Shown here: piece by piece, positions 28,326-40,664 of the stretch
Layout of the letters: each line of letters begins with the position of its first letter
How positions within the stretch are numbered: position 1 is the first letter of the stretch
Assembly: GCA_951406725.2 (NCBI GenBank)
Contig: OX597822.1
Span: 31,186,001-31,250,000, forward strand
Length of the DNA stretch: 64,000 nt
Reading direction: 5' to 3'
Origin: Octopus vulgaris
Lineage: Eukaryota
Notes under the pieces: generated by a model
What the model was told of the DNA's origin: nothing
Database searches by the model: none
What the model saw: only the letters and a program-made list of their open reading frames with translations
Made by a program: the position numbers and the translations under genes

Positions 28326-30302
28326 TTTGCCACCGCGTAGGTTGGATCTAATCTTCCTGGAAACATCGTGTTGTAGTCCGACATCAACCATAGATTTGTG
28401 ATATTTCGAAGACAGGGATTCTAGGGAAGCTTGTCGGAGTAAATCTGTGCTGTAGGAGATTTAATTCATTTCCTGATTTAATACGAGCACACAGTATTAT
28501 CTTTCAATCCTACATTCGGAGCAGATATCTGATCTGAAGATTACTTCCATCCACAACTGTCGGAGGACCTGAAGTTGATAGTCGCAGCAATCAATCCTTC
28601 TTTACGTAAACCATAAGAAAACCTCTAGATTATTCAAACATGACATTATGAAATATTCATATCTTATGTCGAATTTATGTCTCCCAAATCCATACCTATT
28701 CATTCCTGGATTCAAAGGTTTCAACTATGTTGCTGTTGCTATTGGAAAACAATTCGACAAGTAGTCTTCTACTCTCCAAATGAAATGAAGTTGAGATAAA
28801 AACTAAATATTACACAAAAGCTTATAATATATGTTACAGAAAATATCTATTGTACATAAATCTGTATTTTACATAAAAGCTGTATTTTACATGAATTTGA
28901 ATTAATAATTATCTAGTTTTAGAACACCATTCTTATATCAATACACTCTCTACTGACAATAGTAGAACTAGACAGAGAGGAGACAGTAATTGAATTTGTA
29001 TTCGCAATGAAGAGGCTATAAATTGACATAAAAATTGGACGTTAGATATTTAAGGGCAACATGGTACAAGAAGTGCTTGAATTCTTCCTACCAAATACAA
29101 AAGTCACTGATTAAGGCGTTTTTTATTCATATGTTTTACATTATCGTTTTGTCCATTGGGAGAAATGTAGGATACATATATTAAAGTTTCTTGGTTGTAA
29201 GTATCTGATCTGATATGAATAATTTTATATAAAATGAAATCTCGTCCATATGATAAAACATCTGCGATATCACAACAATTCAATTTAGTGCATTGTTAAA
29301 GCAAATACACTAGTTTTGCTTGCAATGAAAGGCTTGCGTCCGGCACACTCTGCTAAACCAATCCTCGTAATAAAAAAAAAAGAAAAAAAGATTTCGGATG
29401 TTGTTAAACAGTATTCCTTCTTAAGAATAACATTGTCAATATGTCAGATGAAGAATATCGTACTTTCAGTAAGAGCATAGCCAGAGCCTTAGGGCTGAAA
29501 CGTAAAAGAGAAAAAGAATGAAAAATGTGTTTAGAGTTGCAACTTCGTGAGCAATTATTCTTTAATTCGTTCCCAATACAAGATAAGGTTAATGGTAAAT
29601 AGTAATAGAATTGAATTCTCACAGGAATTTCTTTGCTGTGATATATGCATTAACATAGATTCTGCATTTAGAAAATGTCATATTGAACGTTAAATATAGT
29701 TACACGCAAAGAGAGAGAGAGAGAGTATTCCAGTTTATTATTAGTTAATTTGCAATTTATAACTCAATAGTCACATATAGTGTTTATTCTATAATCTTCA
29801 TAACAATATCATCAGCGTCATGTACAAAAACACGAACGAGCCATGATCTGTCGGAAACATCACTCACCTTTTCTTTTCTTCACTAATCATTGTCTCCATC
29901 AGCAATTATATTTCTATATTCTTATCTAATCTAAGTTTGGCCCTTACATGGTATAACATCATCAATATTGCTTAAAATTGCCGGATTTTAAATACTCCTC
30001 TAATACCTATACAATTGTTTACAATGATAATCAGATTAATTAAAACCCATAATGGACCTGCTAGGATAGTTCTATACGCTAACACAATTGATATGATATT
30101 TTGCATCTTATGAAAATATAGGGCAATTAATTGTGGATGTGCTTAACCCTATTTCATGCAATTTAACACAATTAAACATTCATCCGTTGCACCAAAGAAG
30201 GTATTTTAGTAATCGGTATATAGATTGGATATGCGGTTTGCAGAGTATAAGAGGTGTGAATCGAAAGCATATTTTTACATTTGAGAGGGAGATTGGCGAG
30301 CG

Positions 30303-30334
<32 letters not shown>

Positions 30335-30443
30335 TATACAAGAGTGAGTGGACAAACGAAAAAATGGAACTCAACAAATTTATTGGGATTTACATGTATA
30401 AATTAAAACAGTGACAAAAAGTGTAAGAAGAGTGTTGTGATCC

Positions 30444-30528
<85 letters not shown>

Positions 30529-30659
30529 CCATTCTGTTTAAATAATGGAACATCAGATACAATATCCCTGCATATCTCATGCCTGTTTCCATTCCTCCAC
30601 TTCACTCTCTATTTCATATATTCTCCAGAATAACGGTTGCTTAACCTGTTTCTCGCACC

Positions 30660-30707
30660 GTCTCTGATGAAGGGATATATAAAATATCTCGGAAACAGCT
30701 GTAAGAC
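30660..30707 (+). ncRNA. Minimal type I hammerhead ribozyme (canonical core)
   Basis: GTCT-CTGATGA-a-GGGATAT(ATAAA)ATATCTC-g-GAAA-CAGCTG-TA-AGAC. Helix I is 4 bp, helix II is 7 bp with an A.G mismatch at its base, helix III is palindromic, and the cleavage triplet is GUA. Confidence 0.75.
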
Positions 30708-30834
30708 CTCTTTATAAATGTTCTGAAATCTTTCACAGCCTTGAATTTTTAACTCACTCTGTAAATTTTATAAATGCATATATATATATCTATATTTAGA
30801 GAGAGCAAGAGAGAGAGAGAGAAAGAGAGAAAGA

Positions 30835-31725
30835 GAGGCGGCCTGCTCAATAAGCATCCGTTATGTTGATATAGTAACGAAGCTAAATCACAGAGTAAAA
30901 CTGCGTGGCTCAGATTGACCTTGAACTCTGCTGTGCATGTGCGTTAAGTTTTAACGTTCTAGATCACGTCCGCTGTTGTTTACAGTATTTCTTGGAAGCA
31001 AGGTGTGTAGCGTGCAATCGCCACATTGACCATGACAGAGGAAGTTGAAGACAGAATCTGCATCAAATTTTGAGAAAAGTATAGTGATACCTGCTCAGTG
31101 GTCGATGTAAAGTTTTGAAAATGTTTTCATCGTTCTTGACGCAATCAAGGAAATTGTGTGCAGCAGAAACCCGAGTCTCACTTTAGTCAGCTGAAAGTAT
31201 TTTGGGCACAAACTTGGCAGACACGCGTTTCATACCCAGATCTTCAGTTATAATGAACTGAACTAATCGTAAATAATCTACACATCCTCTGATAACTCGC
31301 AGATGATGATTCAACGATTTTATTCTCTAAGCTGCACGCACATCTGCAACGTTATTCTCAGTTCTGCTGGTCGCGGGTTTCCTAGAATTTTCGTCATTAT
31401 CGACATTTTTGCGACCATTTTTGAAACGTTCGAGACACTCGTACACTTGTGTGCTGCTCATACACTCCTCTCCATACTCTTTCTGCAACTTTACTTAGGC
31501 CTCGGAGAAGGTGCCGCCATGACAAATTTCCCTGTCATGGTCAATGGAACGATCAGATGCTACACACCTTCATCCTCAGCACTGTTGTAAGCAGCGGTAT
31601 TGAGCTACAACGTTAACACTTATTGCGCATGCACAGCAGAATCCAACGTCATTCTGCGCCAAGAGGCTTTACTCTGCTTGCTTTAGCTTCGTTACTACGG
31701 CAACAGTATGGATACTTATTGATAT
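30835..31725. mobile_element. Non-autonomous mariner derivative with about 140-bp inverted ends
   Basis: TCAATAAGCATCC...GTAACGAAGCTAAA...CTGCTGTGCATG at the left end is mirrored at about 31580-31722. Inside are a plus-strand transposase start (MTEEVEDRICIKF) and a minus-strand N-terminal fragment at about 31190-31500. Confidence 0.75.
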
Positions 31726-31864
31726 ATATATATATATACAGTGTCATCCGTATATTTTCCTACGTATAGTGATGTTTATGTATTATACATTATAGTTATC
31801 TTGGTGTCCTTTCGGCATCGTTATATGACAATATACAATATTTTCGAGTTCTCTGTTCATATTT

Positions 31865-31914
31865 GTGGTGGTGGTGGTGGTGGTGGTGGTGGTGGTGGTG
31901 GTGGTGGTGGTGGT
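31865..31914. repeat. (GGT)n microsatellite
   Basis: Direct reading. Confidence 0.95.
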
Positions 31915-31919
31915 ATGGA

Positions 31920-32260
31920 GATCATCAGATCCAACAATGTGGCTTGTGGAGATTAATGAAACCTTGAGAGACAACATTGCATTGCAAGATACAACATAAT
32001 TAATACAATGAATGCCAGATGCTGCTGTGAAATATTGCAATAGAATGATCTATAGAGATATATTATGAGATCGATGAAATGCAAACCACGTAGAAGAATG
32101 ATTTTCTTTTACAGATATGGTCAAAGACTTTGCTGGTATCAAGCTTAGAAATATTGCTTTGAATGCTTGCCTGAAAAGAGAATGCTGAAGGTGTATGACA
32201 TACTAATGTAGAACTTTGGTCGGCCAGGTCTGGTTGTATCTTCAGTGTATTCGTATTCAT
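31920..32260 (-). pseudogene. Highly decayed LINE reverse transcriptase fragment (L2/CR1/Jockey-like)
   Basis: LDTSKVFDHI resembles LDISKAFDRV, and HCINYVVSCNAMLS resembles INSGVPQGSVLS, in the expected order. Confidence 0.45.
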
Positions 32261-32546
32261 CAACGCGAGACAAACGGTTGATAATATATGAGAAATCTTG
32301 CTATTACACTTACAGATGTACGCGTAAGTCAACAGGTGACGTCACTTGTGGATGAAAGCGAGAATGGAACATATTTTGTTCATTATTTACATTATTTATA
32401 TTCGACAGATATAAATGCTGTTTTCCTATTTGTAATCACCCCACTTATCGTATGGTTAACACCATATAGATTTCCGGTGCATCCTAGTTAAGGACCATAT
32501 TCATGTGAATTCATTAGAATTCACTTGAATCTCAACTACGTAAACC

Positions 32547-32602
<56 letters not shown>

Positions 32603-32692
32603 TGTCATCAAAAAAGGGGTAGAATTAATTAATTGTTAATAAATTCGACCAAGCAGTATTCGGTATGTAAAGACCATTTACGGTATATTTGA

Positions 32693-32998
32693 AGTATTAA
32701 TTTATAAAAATATGGTAAAGTAAAAAATTCACTTTACCACACACCGAACTTTTCAGAAATAGCAGCCAAAAATTTGGCTATTTCTTCAACTGCAAATAAA
32801 AGTCTCCAGACAATGCATACTCATGTGAGTTATTTTCTGAGTATACCTTATACCTATGTGAGTTATTTTCTGAGTATGCATTGTCTGGAGACTTTTATTT
32901 GCAGTTGAAGAAATAGCCAAATTTTTGGCTGCTATTTCTGAAAAGTTCGGTGTGTGGTAAAGTGAATTTTTTTACTTTACCATATTTTTATAAATTAA

Positions 32999-33002
<4 letters not shown>
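32693..33002. repeat. Perfect 131-bp inverted repeat in a (TA)n-bounded insert
   Basis: 32693-32823 reads as the exact reverse complement of about 32871-33002. The spacer holds a duplicated TGTGAGTTATTTTCTGAGTAT. TA tracts lie at 32548-32601 and 33002-33029. Confidence 0.92.
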
Positions 33003-33029
<27 letters not shown>

Positions 33030-33032
<3 letters not shown>

Positions 33033-33208
33033 TTTCCGTCTGTCACATCCACTCAGAGAAGGCTGTGGTTGGCCCGAGGCTATAGTCCAAGACACTTGCT
33101 GAAAGTGCCACACAGTAGGTCTGAATCGGGGACGATGTGGTTTGGAAGCAAGGTTCTTACCACACAGCCACGCCTGCCTCTATGTCACACAGCAATGCCT
33201 GCGCCTAT
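33030..33208 (-). mobile_element. SINE family B 5' portion
   Basis: TTGGCCCGAGGCTATAG...CTTACCACACAGCCACGCCTGC. Confidence 0.75.
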
Positions 33209-33818
33209 GATCAGATCAAGTATGATAAAATCACTGAATAGTAGAAATTAAAGGCAACGCTGCTTTATATTTAGGTGTATATTTAGATTTAACAATTGGC
33301 AGTCTGAAAAACTTAGATTTTGTACGTAACCGGACAATCCAGCTCTAATATAAGTGATGAAGCAGTTTGCATGGCAAGCGATACAAGAGATTACCTTTTG
33401 CTTGCTTATAAAGTTCGCAGACATTTCAATACGCGTCAAAAGTTGCAATTTGCTTTAAGCATCTGTAAATGACTCACAAATTTGTTGAATCTGTCCCTTT
33501 TACGTCAAGGTTCGAGCAACATTTTCACTGAAATGATTCTCTTTTCAATGGTGGGAGAGAAATGTAACACATTTTAGCGAAGGGGTTTCTGCAACTTAGG
33601 CTAATGATACGTGAATTAGGTTGCTTATTCTAGACCAATGTCAAAATGAATGTTTAGAAAAATAGGTCCTGTTGGGTAGATAATGGACATTAAGAATTTA
33701 GTTACAAAATGCCTAAAAAGGAGGGTAGGAACACCGGTGTGTTTTCAGAACAAAACTGAAATTCGTACAGACATAATGCATTATATTCTAATAGTATGAC
33801 AGGTGATACATGGATATA

Positions 33819-33883
<65 letters not shown>

Positions 33884-36414
33884 CATGTGTACCTTGAAAT
33901 CAATAGGGAAAGCTTCAGAAGAATTAACTTGAAGTAAATGTTCTCAGTACGGAAAGAGAAATATAAAATCTACATCTTCTCCCAAGAAAATTTCAAGTAG
34001 CATTCAGAACAAACTGATTTAAATAAAAAGCAAAATATTATATGCCAACAAACGGCAAATGACTTATTTCTTCACCTTGCGTTAAATTTTCGAGAAAGCC
34101 ACGTATAAAATGCTTATATTCTGCTAATAGTATTTTGATATTACTATCGTATATATGATAGAATATGTTCTAAAGCGTTGGAAAACGTATGCTACTTGTG
34201 TGGATTTTCATATGATTTCTTGATTATAATTAGTCAACGAAAGATATGGAAATTGATTGTAAGCACTAACAATATCTTTAATTTTTATAATGCACAAGCT
34301 CTATGATTTAAGCTTTTATAGGGAATAAATATATTTGTCAAGGACTTAATATAATTAGAGAATATGACGAAATAATTTATCAATGGATGTAGATTAAATG
34401 TTGACGGCTGCATAACACCGCCTTCCCGTCCGCTTATTTCTTTAGTTGGAAGTGTCGTGTTGCATAGGTTCACATTAATAGACACCGTAAGATAAAAACT
34501 GCTACGGATCACTAAATTATATCTGCTAATATCTGCTAATACAAAGAATTCAGCGAATCTTCACTATTTATAAACACATATTATAAGATATTGGGTAACG
34601 TACGATAACCTAATAACAAACAAATCATACAATTCTTAATAGATAACAAATTTGACTGGTTTCCTTCGTATATTTCATATATAGTAATTCATTCGGGATA
34701 TGTTATGGATCAAAATATTGAAATGTTAAGACACTTAACGTCTAAATGAATTACTAATAGATGCTGAACAAAATGACCCCAAATAATAAAACAACAATAG
34801 CGATATCCTGAATATAGTTGTTTTCCATTCGTAAATCTGTACGCAATGTGCACATTAAGGATGTCTGTGTCAATGCAAACCAGAAACGGGAATTGATTTT
34901 ACTTCACTTTTACTTAATCCAAAAATATTCACATACATTCTCTCATCACATATCATTTCTCTGTGTGCGTGTGTATGTGTAGATAAAGAAAGAGAAGTAG
35001 AAATAAATGGACAGAGACACGAAAAATAGATTGCGTAGTATTTTATTGGGGTAAAAGGACGCTAGCTAAAGATAACATTTACGACTTTCACATCCGTTGC
35101 TGAAGCCATATGGATTTCCTGCTTGGCAAAGTTTGCAAGACGTGTGGCGTGCTAATTCGGTTCCGAATAAATCACGAAAATATGTCCAATACACAAACAC
35201 GCGCAGTTTCATATGTGTGTGTGTGTGTGTGTGTGTGTCTGTGTGTACGTGTTTGTGTGTGTGTATGCGTGTGTATACGCGTGGATGCGTGCGTGTGTGT
35301 ATGTGAGTGTTTGCATGCATGCGTGTGTGTATGTGAGTGTTTCTATGCGTGCGTGTGTGTATGTGAGTGTTTGTATGCGTGCGTGTGTGTGCATAACAGC
35401 TTAAAATATCTAATTAGAACTAACATTTTTTGTGTAGAGTATATAAATTATACTCCAAAATATGTAACTTCGGTCGTACTAGAATATAACTTTTGCTATT
35501 TTTAAATGTAACGAAATTTGAGAAGTAGTCGAAAGACAAGCATTCATCTTACTTAAAAGTCTGATGATTAAGTTAAAACTTTTGACAGCTATGTAAAATA
35601 TTACTATATTATTTAATAAAAAAGTTTCCTTTTGTATAAGTTTTGCAACGATGAGTACAATATTCACATACTAATTTTTATGTAGTACAAAATTCCTTGA
35701 AGACTGCTTATTGAGTAGCGTAGTATGTTTTTTAAAAAAATCACTTCCTGTTGACGGAAATTACGAAATTCTAAAGCGACAATTGCGTTAAAGAAAAATT
35801 ACACACACATGTAAACATCAAATGAATATGTAGTTGATAAATGCATTATTAACGTGAAGTATTCAATAAAAAGTCTTTCGTTGATCTCAAGACGTCAATT
35901 TAATAAAACTTCTTCATTGACTGGTGACGCAGTTGGGAATAGGATCAAGAATGTTGCTTTCAACTTACAGATTTGAAATTATAATAACTATTAACATTCA
36001 TTTTATTTGTTTCTTTGTTTAGGCAGAGATAACATTTTCAGACAGGGCAGTCTATGAGACCAAAATATGATTGACATTTGTTTTATCGATCATGGACTGT
36101 AAGAGGTTATTCGCTCATCCTTCAGCACAGACAATAAAGATACAGAACTAAATACTGTGAGAATAGAATTACTATGATCTATAGTGAACTAGTTTTACTT
36201 TAATATTTCTTGCATCATATGTCGGGAAAGTATTTTAATAATGGTCTTAAAATCAGTATATACTTTCAGAAGGAGTGTAGTAATTTTAACAGATCCTATT
36301 ACTTCAAAGGTATTTTTCGAAAAAAAAAAAATTGAGATATCAGAGCATGAACATTGGTATAAGGTTACTACATAGTTTCTACATGTCATTTACTTTTTAA
36401 TATTCAAAACGATC

Positions 36415-36612
36415 TAAGGTGGACAGCTGGCAGAATCGTTAGCTTAGATACATTACATCCATCATTACGTCTGGGCTCACATTCTAACGAGGTCGACATT
36501 ACTTTCATCCATTATGGGTCGATAAAAAAAGTAACATTTGAACACTGGGGTCTATGTCATCGACTTATACTCTCTCTGAAATTGCTGGCCTTGCGCCAAA
36601 ATTTTAAATCAA
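36415..36612 (+). mobile_element. Diverged SINE family A copy
   Basis: GCTGGCAGAATCGTTAGC head, GAGGTCGAC...TTTCATCC body and TGGCCTTGCGCCAAAATTT tail. Confidence 0.7.
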
Positions 36613-37086
36613 TATTCATAACGATATGAGATGTGAAGAGGAAATGAAAAGTGTAGTACATACATAATAATCTTTCATAATTTATCTGAGTAAATAGAAA
36701 GCTAGCCGAAAATACTCTCAATTAAGACTGAATTAATGAGCGTAACAGGATACGATTAGATCCTGAAATCCACTCTATTTCACTATGCTTTGTATCGACA
36801 AATTATTAGTTTCACGAAAATTAAAAACATAGTCATCTAGCTAATTTGTAGTCAGCTACGGCAGTAATCCACCATAGATCAAGATTTAAGTATGTATTGC
36901 TTCAACAGTGGAAAGAAAAGGGAAGATATAATCTATAACTAATACAGTTCTCTTATGTGTAAGATAATTCATTCATAGATATTTTAAATTAGGTCGTACA
37001 TATTTACGCACAAAATAAAAAATACAGAATGTTAAGGGGAGGATGCAGAAATTTTTAACTCGGAAGCTGTTTCTAGAAGTTCGGAA

Positions 37087-38020
37087 TTACGTAATAACCG
37101 TAATGTCCAATGCCGGCTGCATTGCTGGTGCTGTTGCTGCTATGATAGCGGTTGGTAGTGCTGCCGTTGCTGCTTGAAGTGTTGCTAGTGTGGCTGCCGG
37201 CGGCGCTACCATTGCTGTTACTATTGTTGTTGCTATGGGTACATGTGCCATTGCTGTCATTGCTGCTGTTTCTGACTCTGTTGACAATGATGTCACTGTG
37301 ATTCCCAGTACCACCTCAGCTTCATACACTAACCTCGATGCGTTGCATCGCCCTCCACACACACATTGGCATTAATTGTGTACCCTACCTGAGCATCCTG
37401 CATCACTAATATTTTCTTAATATTCGGCGCTCAACTGAAAAAGACGCTTAAGTTGTATCTATTAAATAAAGTCTCGTATCTGTTTGACTGTGTCAAGTAT
37501 TTCTTCATTGATGTAAGGCATCTCTTTCTCGTGCAAGTTTCGAAGTTGAGCGCGAAAGATGGGGCAAATAAAACGGCTTCACGATACCACTTCATTTGCC
37601 CGGCATTTAGAAGACACGGTCCTTAAACCCACTGGACGCCAAAACATCGTTTTAGTAGAAGGCTACGGTGTCAAAAATCTCTTGATTGGAAGAGATGTTG
37701 GCAGTCTTCTTGCTGAAATCCTTCTCTACGGTCTTGAACATTGTACATGGGTGACTGGCTACACCAGTGGCAGTGGCGACTACACCAGCGGCAAGTGCAA
37801 TACCAGGATCGCGTTCGAAAATAGTAGCAACCACAGTGACACCAGCAACAGTAACTGCGCAAGTAGTAACTGAGGCATCAGTACCTGCGTCCGGCCCTGC
37901 AGCGACAACAGCAGAGTTAACGGCAGCAACACAACAGTGGCTGAAACACCACAACCAAGAGCCATCCGAAATAAGTCGGTTGTACAGGCGGCCCATTTAA
38001 GCAGCGCATGAATAAACACC
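37087..38020. pseudogene. GC-rich, coding-derived Ala/Thr-rich relic in two opposite orientations (possibly non-LTR ORF1/gag)
   Basis: An Ala/Thr/Pro-rich reading lies on the minus strand at 37087-37362 and on the plus strand at 37767-38000, with stops in between. Confidence 0.35.
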
Positions 38021-38614
38021 GGTCCACTTTTGTGATACTCAAGATGCGGAACATCACAAACCTGGCCAACTACGTATGATGTTTAAGAGGAGGGGCACCT
38101 TATACATAATTAAATGAAGGCTTGTAGAACAGACGTGTCCTCGATGGAAGGAAAAGACGTAAGCTCACTTAATCTGGGGATCTTTGTTAACTACAAAGGA
38201 GGTGTTTACAATGTCCTTACCAGATACGTTTCTTGTTGCAAGCCTGGGGTTCCTCATTTGCCAAGTAGTTTCGGAAATAGTTAAGGGCACTGCTGACACC
38301 TATATAAAGGGGATAACCCTGTCTCGCCTTAAAGCTTACCAGTAGGTTTTCGTTCAGGTTATTTCTTGTTTACAAAACAAACTGATCATGAAGTTTTCCT
38401 CCCTCCAGTTGTAGAGTGGTAATGTTCTTCCAGCCATTAGAATCTGACAGATCGCCTGTACAGTTAGATGCTTTATAGATGGGATAGAAATGGTCACTCT
38501 CTGACCGGCGTAACTAACAATCTTTTAAATATATTACTTGTCTAATATTTATGAGTGTGTTTCTTTTTGGGATATAGGAACTACTGAAGACACATGTATA
38601 TATATACACACGTA

Positions 38615-38660
<46 letters not shown>

Positions 38661-38709
38661 ATGTGTCTGTCTATATCTATGTATCTGTCTGTCTGTCTCT
38701 CTTTTCTCT

Positions 38710-38769
<60 letters not shown>

Positions 38770-39536
38770 AACTCTCAGATGCTTGGGCTGGGCCAGCCTT
38801 TACTACGGCATTGTCTCAACTGAGAAAGTGGGCGCAAATCTAGTAATGTGCACTTTTGCCAGATATATAAAAAATAAGTTTATAGTGTTAAATCTTTCTC
38901 AATGCAGCCATACTTTAACAAAATATAATTCGATATAATTCCACAAGTAATATTGTATACTAACTGACAGAAAGATAAAGTATTATATATTTTCTCGGTA
39001 AAATAGATAAGCTTTTAAAAGATTTTCGATAAACGTTTGGTCCTACGGCTGTGCATTCAGTATTACTTATGTCTAAATTTTATCATCTCCAGAATAAAAT
39101 ACGTAACAAAATGTAATTACAAAACATATATTATGTATCCAAGGCCTTCTATGAACATTTATCAATAAAATTGTTTTGAAAAACATCGTTGAATTTCCAC
39201 CCGTAAACACAGTTCAAGAACACATATAAGTAGAGAGGTTGCAGCAAGAAATATCCCCTGAGCAGCATAAGTATTGATTTCTCACATGTATTTTCTGAAA
39301 TACTTATCAGAACGGAAGTCATCTGAGATACAAACAACAATTTGTCATGTTCCTAGTTCACATTGGTTTCCTGATGGGAATATAAACACTCGTATTATGA
39401 ATAATACTTCATTGTGTCCATTTTCTTAATCGTTTGCGATCTCATATAATATACACTATATATAAATCATGAGACACTCATATACAGACACGCATATACA
39501 TATAATAATAAAACGAAACAACAAAATAAGCAGACC

Positions 39537-39583
<47 letters not shown>

Positions 39584-39640
39584 GTGTGTATAAATCAATA
39601 AATGGTGGAATTGTGTTGACCGCACGTGGAGAAATGATAG

Positions 39641-40084
39641 GCAAGGAAAAATTATAAAAAGGCAGAATGCTAAATTGAAGGTAGATGTTAATGAAAATGG
39701 ATGTATGGAAAATTAAAAAAAAAATTTTTTTAAACATATATGAGCGGTTTTCGTCGCAATGAGACTTTTCAAGAATTGTGAAGCGAAAAGAACTTTTTTT
39801 TTTATAATTGAGGACTTTACAATGTATCAGTGTACCTATTTTTTATTTTTTGTATATGTTTATTATTTTTCTGCAAAAAACTATGTAATTTTCTTTTTCC
39901 ACCTCCTCAATTATAAAAAAAAATTCTTTTCACCTTACAATTCTTGAAAAGTCGTATTGCGACGAAAACCGGTTTGAATTAATATATATATATTTTTTTA
40001 AATTAAAAAAAATTTCCATACACCAATTTTCATTAAAATTTACCTTCAGTTTAGCATTCTGCCTTTTTATAATTTTTCCTTGCC
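39641..40084. repeat. About 145-bp imperfect inverted repeat in a (TA)n-bounded insert; each arm carries a hammerhead motif
   Basis: GGCAAGGAAAAATTATAAAAAGGCAGAATGCTAAA (about 39641) pairs with TTTAGCATTCTGCCTTTTTATAATTTTTCCTTGCC (ends 40084). Confidence 0.85.
39939..39980 (+). ncRNA. Minimal hammerhead ribozyme, U3-A8 variant
   Basis: AATTC-TTGAAAA-GTCG(TATTG)CGAC-GAAA-ACCGGT-TT-GAATT. Helix I is 5 bp, helix II is 4 bp and helix III is palindromic. Confidence 0.72.
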
Positions 40085-40147
40085 AATATATATATATATA
40101 TATATATCTGTAATATAATGTGACAATTATTTCGGTTGCCATAATAA

Positions 40148-40205
40148 AACTCCGAATTTCAGATGTCGGGACGGAAACCTGCTCCGGCATCTCTTCAGTT
40201 ACCGA
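40148..40205 (-). ncRNA. Degenerate hammerhead motif
   Basis: Minus strand TAA-CTGAAGA-GATGCCGG...CCGACATCT-GAAA-TTCGGAG-TT-TTA. The register of helix II is off by one. Confidence 0.45.
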
Positions 40206-40427
40206 GGCAATCAAAATAAGCTGTGAAAATGACCGTTAGACAAAGTGAAATTACTATGTAATTGACCGTTATTAAGACAAAAGAGCTATTAGAATGACCG
40301 CTATATCTTTATCGGATATAAGGATGTAGAATTTGTCTTAGATATTTTCAGAAGAAATGTATAAAGTGAATATATTGTAGACCTATATCTACACAAACAC
40401 CAACACGCAGACATACAAAGACATCAA

Positions 40428-40612
40428 TAAAATAGTTTTGAAAAATACCGTTGAATTTCCACGCGTATACACAGATGAAGTAGAAAATACATATGAGAAA
40501 TCAATACTTATGGCACTCAGGAGATATTCTCTGTTACAAAATCTTTACCTAAATGAGTTTTTCAACAGTGTATACAGGTGGAAATTCAACGTTGTTTTTC
40601 AAAACTTTATTT
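40428..40612. repeat. MITE-like element with about 45-bp TIRs; partial inverted copy at 39165-39300
   Basis: GTTTTGAAAAATACCGTTGAATTTCCACGCGTATACAC pairs with GTGTATACAGGTGGAAATTCAACGTTGTTTTTCAAAAC. Confidence 0.7.
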
Positions 40613-40664
40613 GTTTGGTTTGTTTATACGCGCAGGAGTGGCTGTGTGGTAAGTAGCTTGCTTA

